30,638 nt of DNA from an uncultured Deferribacteraceae bacterium (GTDB taxonomy: Bacteria > Chrysiogenota > Deferribacteres > Deferribacterales > Mucispirillaceae). The stretch covers positions 9,094 to 39,731 of the forward strand of contig CAYJDR010000021.1 in NCBI GenBank assembly GCA_964368965.1, written 5' to 3'. A program made the position numbers and the translations under genes. The notes under the pieces were generated by a model. The model was given only the letters and a program-made list of their open reading frames with translations, was not told the origin of the DNA and searched no databases. Of the stretch, positions 1 to 6,285 are shown one piece after another. How positions within the stretch are numbered: the stretch's first letter is position 1; each line of letters starts with the position of its first letter.

Positions 1-254
1 GGCTTAGCAAGCTTATCGCCTTCATGGCAATTCAAGCAAGTTACATATCCGCCATGTATGGAATTGTGCGGATTCCATAAGCCTAAGTGAGCAGTACGTT
101 CAGCATTTTCTGCTGGTGTTCCATGGCAATCAATACACTCTTGATATGTTTTAAACTCTGAGTGATCGATCGAATCATCATCTTGTGCAACAGCACTAAC
201 AGAACCAATTATAGCCATTGTTAAAACAAACATCATAATATATAATTTTTTCAT
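1..254 (-). CDS. secreted c-type cytochrome (N-terminal 84 codons; 3' end runs off the window edge)
   Basis: Manual translation of the minus strand from the ATG at 254 gives MKKLYIMMFVLTMAIIGSVSAVAQDDDSIDHSEFKTYQECIDCHGTPAENAERTAHLGLWNPHNSIHGGYVTCLNCHEGDKLAK. This has a Sec signal peptide and two CxxCH haem-binding motifs (CIDCH, CLNCH). The start lies 2 nt after the flavoprotein stop, with a GGAG ribosome-binding site inside the upstream gene. It is absent from the ORF track because it is truncated by the edge. Confidence 0.75.
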   Translation of the reverse strand, partial: MKKLYIMMFVLTMAIIGSVSAVAQDDDSIDHSEFKTYQECIDCHGTPAENAERTAHLGLWNPHNSIHGGYVTCLNCHEGDKLAK

Positions 255-255
255 A

Positions 256-1965
256 TTAAACTCCTTTTATAGCATGTAATGCCGATAAATAACCGAATGT
301 GATTGCACGCCCGATAGAAGTGCCAGGGATATGCCTTGGATAGTTTCCAGAGAAGAAGCCACCAGAAGCATTACCTGATGCAAATAGGCCTTCAATTACT
401 TCGCCTTTTGTGTCAAGCACTCGGCAATCTTTATCAATAATTAAACCACCAGTAGTTGCAAGGATAACACTATTACAAATCATTGCATAATATTTCTTAC
501 CTGTGAACGGTTTAACAACTGACATATCACGGTTAAAGTCTTTATCAAGATTAGCTTTTTTGTATGCGTTAAAGTCTTTGATTGTTTTATCTAAAGTTTT
601 AGATGGCATACCCATAGCTTTTGCAAGCGCTGTTGGCGATTTAGCTTCAAATAACCAGCCTTTCTTTTTCAACACTTCAAAGCCAATTTCAGCTTTATCA
701 ACTGCTGCTTGGTTTGGTCCAATCATTGTTTCATCAAATATGAACCAACTTTTTGAGCCATATATAGCTTGATTGTTTGTAGCGTTAGATAGCGCTTGGA
801 ATGGAACATCTTCCCTAACGATACGCTCACCTTTATCATTTACAATTATGAACAAGTTCATCGCCCTTAGTGTACGCACTTCTGGATAATGGAATGACTC
901 TGGGTGTCCAAAAGTAAAGTTCATTACAGGGTGCGGAGTTGGGTCCATAGATGCGCCGATTTTTAAGCCCATCATGTGTCCATCACCAGTTGTTCCCCAA
1001 GATGGGTTCCACCATGATGATGAAGCATAATCTTCTGGCCTAACGTAAGCTTTTAACATATCAGGGTTTGCATCATAACCACCAGTTGACAACAACACAC
1101 CTTTAGATGCATTCACTTGGATATACCTATCGCCTTGTTTAGCAATAACGCCTGTAACACGGCCAGATTTATTTCTAATTAACTGTACAGCAGGCGTATC
1201 AGTATGGATTTTAAGATTAGGATATGATTTTGCAACCGCAGTTAAATCTCTTACTACATATATGCCTAAGTTACCACTTCTGAACCTGATGTCAGCAGGG
1301 ATACCTGGCGTTTCATAAAAGCATAATTCAGCATCAATAACTGGCATGCCATTTTTTGGCCCTGGCTTCATTGGTAGTGGAGTCAAGATAAAGCCTTTCT
1401 CGCCTTTATCTAGTTGAGTTTGTAAAAAGTCAATAGCTTCGCCTGAACGATTAACATAAGTTCTTGGAACATCAGGAGATATACGCCAGTTAGCAGAACG
1501 ATATATTTCGTCAAGCAATAATGCTCTATCTGTTTTAATGCCACGTTTCTTTTGGATTGCAGAATCTACTGAACCAACTGCTTCAAAGCAGCCACGCCCA
1601 ACAGACATTTTCTCAAGCACGATAACATCTGCACCTAATGAAGCACCTTTCAACGCCGCAGTAATGCCAGAGATACCAGCACCTACAACTAAGAAATCAC
1701 AATTCATAGTCGACTTAATTTCGCTTTTTGCAATTGTGCGATTTTCAAAACCAATAGGACCCGTAGGGCCAGGAACATCAGCAGACCTAACGTAAATGCT
1801 GTTAGCATCACCTAAAACTGCTTCATAAACTGATTCATCAGCAGCCGCTTTTGCTTCAGCAACTTGAGGCATACCAACAACCGACGCAGCACCAGCCATA
1901 ACGCCTGCCACACCAGCAGACTTTAGAAAGCCACGTCTTGATAAATTTGTTTCAGAATTTTTCAT
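256..1965 (-). CDS. Tat-exported FAD-dependent oxidoreductase, FAD_binding_2 family (fumarate reductase / 3-ketosteroid dehydrogenase-like flavoprotein)
   Basis: The 573-aa ORF has a twin-arginine signal (NLSRRGFLKSAGVAGVMAGAASVVGMPQVAEA), a Rossmann motif (DFLVVGAGISGITAALKG…VIVLEK) and a C-terminal FAD-family tail (GLFASGNASGGFFSGNYP…GRAITFGY). The ORF-track start at 1977 sits inside ATGGAGGAGAATATG, so the second ATG (1965) preceded by GGAGGAG is the likelier start. Confidence 0.8.
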   Translation of the reverse strand: MKNSETNLSRRGFLKSAGVAGVMAGAASVVGMPQVAEAKAAADESVYEAVLGDANSIYVRSADVPGPTGPIGFENRTIAKSEIKSTMNCDFLVVGAGISGITAALKGASLGADVIVLEKMSVGRGCFEAVGSVDSAIQKKRGIKTDRALLLDEIYRSANWRISPDVPRTYVNRSGEAIDFLQTQLDKGEKGFILTPLPMKPGPKNGMPVIDAELCFYETPGIPADIRFRSGNLGIYVVRDLTAVAKSYPNLKIHTDTPAVQLIRNKSGRVTGVIAKQGDRYIQVNASKGVLLSTGGYDANPDMLKAYVRPEDYASSSWWNPSWGTTGDGHMMGLKIGASMDPTPHPVMNFTFGHPESFHYPEVRTLRAMNLFIIVNDKGERIVREDVPFQALSNATNNQAIYGSKSWFIFDETMIGPNQAAVDKAEIGFEVLKKKGWLFEAKSPTALAKAMGMPSKTLDKTIKDFNAYKKANLDKDFNRDMSVVKPFTGKKYYAMICNSVILATTGGLIIDKDCRVLDTKGEVIEGLFASGNASGGFFSGNYPRHIPGTSIGRAITFGYLSALHAIKGV

Positions 1966-2100
1966 ATTCTCCTCCATATAAAGATTAGAAAATTTACTAC
2001 CTGCATAGATAATTGCATATTATTTTCCATAAAAAAGTATACAGAGTTACATTTTTAATATTTTTTTTATACTAAACTATTTAACATATTAATTTTATTG

Positions 2101-2128
2101 TTGCTTTTATGATTGTAATATCTATAAT
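2101..2128 (+). promoter_or_regulatory. candidate sigma70-type promoter for the Crp-family gene (TTGCTT-N16-TATAAT)
   Basis: A hexamer pair with a perfect -10 lies in the AT-rich 259-nt divergent intergenic region, about 105 nt upstream of the ATG at 2237. This rests on pattern recognition only. Confidence 0.3.
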
Positions 2129-2236
2129 AGTCCTGATATAGCAAGAGTATAAAGCGATTTTGAAATTTATAACATACTTATATTATTACAACATTTTAAT
2201 GTAAACTGATGTAGCAACGAAAGGAAGGAGGAGCTA

Positions 2237-2944
2237 ATGCGTCAAGTTTTTAATGTAATACCATATTTTTCACCAACAGAAAGCGAACGCATTATTAGCA
2301 TCTATAAAAAGTATGGCACAATTAGAAAGGTTAAAAAAGGTAATGTATTGAAAGAAGGTGGCGAATCAAACAAACTTTTTCTCGTAAAAAGTGGGTTATG
2401 CGTCTATTCTGTAAACTACTTGCTTGAAAAGCCACGAGCATTGTGCTTTATCTTACCTGGTTGCACCATTGGCGATATAACGTGCCTAACAAACGAAACA
2501 GTAAACGTAACAAGCATAGCCTTACGTGATTCTGAAGTATATGTAGTGCCACCTGACACACTATACAGGCACATGCGTGAAAATTTTGATTTAACAATGG
2601 AAGCTGTACGCAAAGCAATACATAAGGAAGAATGCTGCCTAGAAAGCATGTTGGCAAACTTCACACTAGAACATGAAGAGCGATTAAAAGTATTCTATAA
2701 AGCGATGTTGCACGCATTAAATGTCGAATTAAACACTGATTGGGTAAAAATACCACTCAAATTATCTAACGAGGAAATAGGCATACTCACTCACGCAACA
2801 CGTGTCACTATAAATAGGATACACTTAAAATGGCAACAAAATAACTTATTTAGAAAGTCAGATGATGGCAGATATATAAACATAAAATTGCTAGACAATA
2901 TTTATGACTGGAAGGACTACACACAATTTACTGGTGAGAAGTAA
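2237..2944 (+). CDS. Crp/Fnr-family transcriptional regulator (cNMP-binding domain plus C-terminal HTH)
   Basis: The 235-aa ORF has a strong ribosome-binding site (AAGGAAGGAGGAGCTA-ATG). The C-terminal helix-turn-helix NEEIGILTHATRVTINRIHLK is typical of the Crp family. There is no N-terminal Cys cluster, so it is not an FNR-type Fe-S sensor. Confidence 0.8.
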   Translation: MRQVFNVIPYFSPTESERIISIYKKYGTIRKVKKGNVLKEGGESNKLFLVKSGLCVYSVNYLLEKPRALCFILPGCTIGDITCLTNETVNVTSIALRDSEVYVVPPDTLYRHMRENFDLTMEAVRKAIHKEECCLESMLANFTLEHEERLKVFYKAMLHALNVELNTDWVKIPLKLSNEEIGILTHATRVTINRIHLKWQQNNLFRKSDDGRYINIKLLDNIYDWKDYTQFTGEK

Positions 2945-2972
2945 TAATTGAAATGAAGCATAAATGGCTCAT

Positions 2973-3011
2973 AAAAAAAGCTAGGCAGTTAATTACCTAG
3001 CTAGATTTTTT
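2973..3011. terminator. bidirectional rho-independent terminator between the Crp-family gene (+) and the YHS gene (-)
   Basis: The sequence is an A-run, then AGCTAGG, a 10-nt loop, CCTAGCT, then a T-run (AGATTTTTT). Both convergent transcripts have a U-run after the hairpin. Confidence 0.5.
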
Positions 3012-3282
3012 ATCCATTTTTATGTTGGTCAATAAATTTGTTTTTGCAATCTTCACTACAGAAGTAGTAAACATCGTTGTAAAGTTTAACTTTGTGGTCT
3101 GTGTCTTCATCAACAAACGATTTACAAATTGGGTCTTGCTTCATCTCTAAAGCTTTTTGAGCTTTCTCTTCTTCTTTACGTTTTTGTTCTGCTTCTTTCT
3201 TTTTTGCATCTGCCTTCTTATAGAACGCATACACCGCAAATATCACAAGCGCTAAAATAAGAAGCTTTGGTAAACTAAACAT
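3010..3282 (-). CDS. small membrane-anchored YHS-domain protein (putative metal-binding)
   Basis: The 90-aa ORF has an N-terminal transmembrane helix (LPKLLILALVIFAVYAFY), a K/E-rich linker, and a C-terminus DPICKSFVDEDTDHKVKLYNDVYYFCSEDCKNKF that matches the YHS/TRASH-type pattern (CxxxV…YYFCSxxCxxxF). It has a GAGGGGG ribosome-binding site. Confidence 0.6.
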   Translation of the reverse strand: MFSLPKLLILALVIFAVYAFYKKADAKKKEAEQKRKEEEKAQKALEMKQDPICKSFVDEDTDHKVKLYNDVYYFCSEDCKNKFIDQHKNG

Positions 3283-3304
3283 TCACTACCCCCTCAACTA
3301 ACCT

Positions 3305-3943
3305 TTACTTACCTTTTTTCTCTGGTATAATATTTATTTGTTTCAGTGCGCCAACGCCAGTTGATATAGTTGTAACCTCAGGCACAGAACGCAGTGCGAT
3401 ATGTACTGATTTACGCATAGATGCTGGCATAGCAGGCAACTTAGCAGGTTTCCCTGTAGTTTTTACTTGCTCTGCTAGTTTTAACGCTTTTTCGATATTG
3501 TCATCAATAGCTTTTTCTTTATAGCCATCAACATCAACGATAACTTCCATCTTAGATGTGTTATCAATATCTAACATTTTTTCAACTAAATATTGCATTG
3601 CATCAATAGTTTGGCCTGATTTACCAACTAACAAATCACGCTCACTAGTTGTGTGAATATTCAACACAATCCTCTCGCCTTTTTGCTCCATGTCAACGTG
3701 AGTATCTGGGAAGCCTGCTTTTTCAAGCATTTCTGATAAGATAACTCTTGCACGGCGTTTTTTGTGCTCGACTTCGTTATACATTATCTTAACTTTTGCA
3801 TTACGTTTACCGAAACCAAGCATACCTTTGCTGCCACTTTCAATAACTTCATGCTCGATATAATCACGTGAGATACCTTGCTGCCTTGAAAAAAGAGCAA
3901 TTACCTCTTCTACTGACGGTCCTTCTACTTCAAAAATTCTCAT
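3305..3943 (-). CDS. jag: Jag/KhpB RNA-binding protein (Jag_N, KH and R3H domains)
   Basis: The 212-aa ORF lies immediately downstream of yidC with a 9-nt gap. Its KH-like core (VILSEMLEKAGF…ERIVLNIHT) and R3H-like tail match the conserved yidC-jag arrangement. Confidence 0.85.
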   Translation of the reverse strand: MRIFEVEGPSVEEVIALFSRQQGISRDYIEHEVIESGSKGMLGFGKRNAKVKIMYNEVEHKKRRARVILSEMLEKAGFPDTHVDMEQKGERIVLNIHTTSERDLLVGKSGQTIDAMQYLVEKMLDIDNTSKMEVIVDVDGYKEKAIDDNIEKALKLAEQVKTTGKPAKLPAMPASMRKSVHIALRSVPEVTTISTGVGALKQINIIPEKKGK

Positions 3944-3952
3944 ATATACACC

Positions 3953-5485
3953 TTAGCTCGCACGTTTATTAATAACATACTGCTGAATAATAGTTAACAC
4001 GTTGTTTGTTAGCCAGTAAATAACTAACCCTGATGGGAAGTTTAGGAACAAGAACGTAAACACCACCGGCATGATAAGGAAAATCTTTTGCTGCATTGGG
4101 TCAGCCGTTGTAGGTGTCATTTTTTGCTGAACGAACATTGTAATACCCATGATGATCGGCGTAATGTAGTACGGATCTTTCATAGATAAGTCAACAATCC
4201 AGCCGAAGAATGGCGCGCCTTTCAACTCGATAGCAAGTAACAACGCTTTATATAACGCGAAGAAAATCGGTATCTGAATTACTAATGGTAAGCAACCACT
4301 TAGTGGGTTAACTTTATGTTCTTTATATAGTTCCATTGTTGCTTGGTTCATTTTCTGTGGGTTATCTTTAAACTTTTCTTTAATTTTTTGCATCTCTGGT
4401 TGCAATTTAGACATAGCCTTCATTGATGTCATACCTTTTAATGTTAAAGGTAGTGTAACAATCTTAACGATAACAGTAAGCATAATGATAGCGATACCGT
4501 AGTTATTGAATATGCCGTTGAAGTATATCATAATTTGCAACATCGGGATAGCTAGGAAATAGAACCAACCGAAGTCGATAGCTGTTTGCAAGCCCATGCC
4601 GAATGAACGCACGAGGTTATATTCTTTTGGTCCGATGTATGTGTACATTTCTGTTTCTGCTCTGTCACCAGGGTTTACAGTTAGAGATAGGTTTGCGCTA
4701 GCAACTTCACCGTATTGTGCAGGTGAGATTTTACCCATTTCAAAAGATGGCGATGCTGCTGCAAATAAGAAGTACTTAGAAGTGTAGCCAACCCATGATG
4801 GTGCAGCTAGTGTTTCAGTATCTTCGTCTGTAGCGTCAACTCTGTATGTTTTATCGCTGTTGCTTATCATTGCGCCTTCGAAGATATAGTTGCTTTCTTC
4901 AAAGTCTTTACCAATGCCAGCACCAACACGCACTTCTACAGGTACAGTTAAAGTAGTTTCGCCCGCGTTTGATGTAATAACTTTCGTCTTAACCAAATAT
5001 GAGCCGTTTTCAAGCGTATATTCTTTAGTAACAACAAGCGAACCTTGTGCAGCTGTGTAGCTAACGATAGTTGCGTTGTCTGTTTTTTGTACGTTTAGTG
5101 TGTAACCAGTAGCAATAGGCGTAGATAACGTGTAATAGTTATAGTCCATGCCTTTGTTGAATGTAACTGGGTCGCCTGCTACGTCGTCCCAACCTAGGAT
5201 AGATGCGCTTTTGATATCGCCTGTTGCGTTATCGAAAGTGATGTCTAAAACATCAGATTTTATTGAAATCGGCTCGTTAACAGTTGATGCAACGAGTGAG
5301 TTGTTTGTAGTTGAAGTTTCTACAGGTGTTGTTACTGTAGTAGTAGTTGATGTATTATCAACTGATTGGGCAGCAAGTTGTTGCTGATGCTCAGGATCCA
5401 TTGGTGGAGTAGGCGTCATGAAGAACTGCCACCCTAACAATATACCCATACTTAATACAACTGCTAATAATGTCCTTTTATCCAT
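3953..5485 (-). CDS. yidC: membrane protein insertase YidC (long form with large periplasmic P1 domain, diderm type)
   Basis: The 510-aa ORF has an N-terminal transmembrane helix, a roughly 270-aa periplasmic domain, and a C-terminal 5-TM 60-kDa insertase core (…PLSGCLPLVIQIPIFFALY…). Confidence 0.9.
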   Translation of the reverse strand: MDKRTLLAVVLSMGILLGWQFFMTPTPPMDPEHQQQLAAQSVDNTSTTTTVTTPVETSTTNNSLVASTVNEPISIKSDVLDITFDNATGDIKSASILGWDDVAGDPVTFNKGMDYNYYTLSTPIATGYTLNVQKTDNATIVSYTAAQGSLVVTKEYTLENGSYLVKTKVITSNAGETTLTVPVEVRVGAGIGKDFEESNYIFEGAMISNSDKTYRVDATDEDTETLAAPSWVGYTSKYFLFAAASPSFEMGKISPAQYGEVASANLSLTVNPGDRAETEMYTYIGPKEYNLVRSFGMGLQTAIDFGWFYFLAIPMLQIMIYFNGIFNNYGIAIIMLTVIVKIVTLPLTLKGMTSMKAMSKLQPEMQKIKEKFKDNPQKMNQATMELYKEHKVNPLSGCLPLVIQIPIFFALYKALLLAIELKGAPFFGWIVDLSMKDPYYITPIIMGITMFVQQKMTPTTADPMQQKIFLIMPVVFTFLFLNFPSGLVIYWLTNNVLTIIQQYVINKRAS

Positions 5486-5519
5486 TCTAAAGTTTCCTTG
5501 TTATTTGTTTATAGCGAAA

Positions 5520-5774
5520 CTATTTGACAGGGTCGTAACCGCCACGAGAAAATGGGTGGCACCTGAGTAAACGCCAAATAGTTAAGAATGTGCCTTTGAA
5601 AAAGCCTTTTTTGCTATATGCTTCAATAGCATACGAAGAACAGCTGGGATAAAACCTACAATTATTGCCTAAATAAGGCGAAATACAAAGTTTATAAATT
5701 TTTATCAATCCTATCGCGATTGACTTTGGCTGTAATCTTTGTAAATAGATGGATAATTTCTGCTTGAATTTCAT
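5520..5774 (-). CDS. yidD: membrane protein insertion efficiency factor YidD
   Basis: The conserved core [57 protein letters not shown] matches YidD. The start is ambiguous (GTG 5786, ATG 5774, TTG 5708), and every candidate overlaps the rnpA 3' end. Confidence 0.75.
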   Translation of the reverse strand: MKFKQKLSIYLQRLQPKSIAIGLIKIYKLCISPYLGNNCRFYPSCSSYAIEAYSKKGFFKGTFLTIWRLLRCHPFSRGGYDPVK

Positions 5775-6096
5775 TAAAACTAGCACCTATTGCTGTAGGC
5801 TTCGCCCTTATTATAAGCTGTGTCCCAGCGGGTAATACACTTCTATTGAGTCGATATATTTCCCTAAGCCTTCGCTTGAGTTTGTTGCGTTTGACAGCAA
5901 GCTTACTAACTTTCTTGCTGACAGTAAACGCACACTTCAAGCCGCTCTCACCCTGCATAAAATGCACGATGAACAATTCACCCGACAACCGTTTCCCCGC
6001 GTAAACTGTTGAAAATTCTTGCGAAAATCTCAACCTTTCAGAACGGGGAAAAGTGTTGGATATATTAAACTGCGAGACGTTTACGGCCTTTTGCAC
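5692..6096 (-). CDS. rnpA: ribonuclease P protein component
   Basis: The motifs FPRSERLRF…[23 protein letters not shown] are characteristic of RnpA. The ORF-track start at 6096 is a GTG that overlaps rpmH by 32 nt, and there is no canonical start after the rpmH stop, so the true start is uncertain. Confidence 0.8.
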   Translation of the reverse strand: MQKAVNVSQFNISNTFPRSERLRFSQEFSTVYAGKRLSGELFIVHFMQGESGLKCAFTVSKKVSKLAVKRNKLKRRLREIYRLNRSVLPAGTQLIIRAKPTAIGASFNEIQAEIIHLFTKITAKVNRDRIDKNL

Positions 6097-6205
6097 GTCT
6101 TCTTCTGATTATAGCTCTGCCAGAACTAGTAGCCATTCTTGCACGAAAGCCTTGTTTGCGTGCTTTTTTAATTTTTGTAGCTTTTGCCAGTGTCAACTGC
6201 GCCAT
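6065..6205 (-). CDS. rpmH: 50S ribosomal protein L34
   Basis: Manual translation (not in the ORF track, 46 aa) gives [46 protein letters not shown]. The L34 core GFRARMAT…[10 protein letters not shown] is canonical. A GGAGG ribosome-binding site (CACGGAGGAATAC-ATG) precedes it. Confidence 0.85.
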   Translation of the reverse strand: MAQLTLAKATKIKKARKQGFRARMATSSGRAIIRRRRAKGRKRLAV

Positions 6206-6239
6206 GTATTCCTCCGTGTTGAACTACTTGTGAACAACA

Positions 6240-6268
6240 ATAATATTAATTTGCTTTTGATTTGTCAA
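6240..6268 (-). promoter_or_regulatory. candidate sigma70 promoter for rpmH-rnpA-yidD-yidC-jag (TTGACA-N17-TATTAT on the minus strand)
   Basis: A perfect -35 hexamer (complement of 6263..6268) and a 5/6 -10 hexamer (complement of 6240..6245) are separated by a 17-nt spacer, about 30 nt upstream of the rpmH ATG. Confidence 0.45.
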
Positions 6269-6285
6269 TCTTTTTATCAAATAAT

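Noticed and set aside
1978-2236. AT-rich 259-nt region as a possible mobile-element scar or CRISPR leader
   Set aside because: There are no repeats, inverted termini or integrase nearby. It is simply the divergent promoter region between the flavoprotein and the Crp-family gene.
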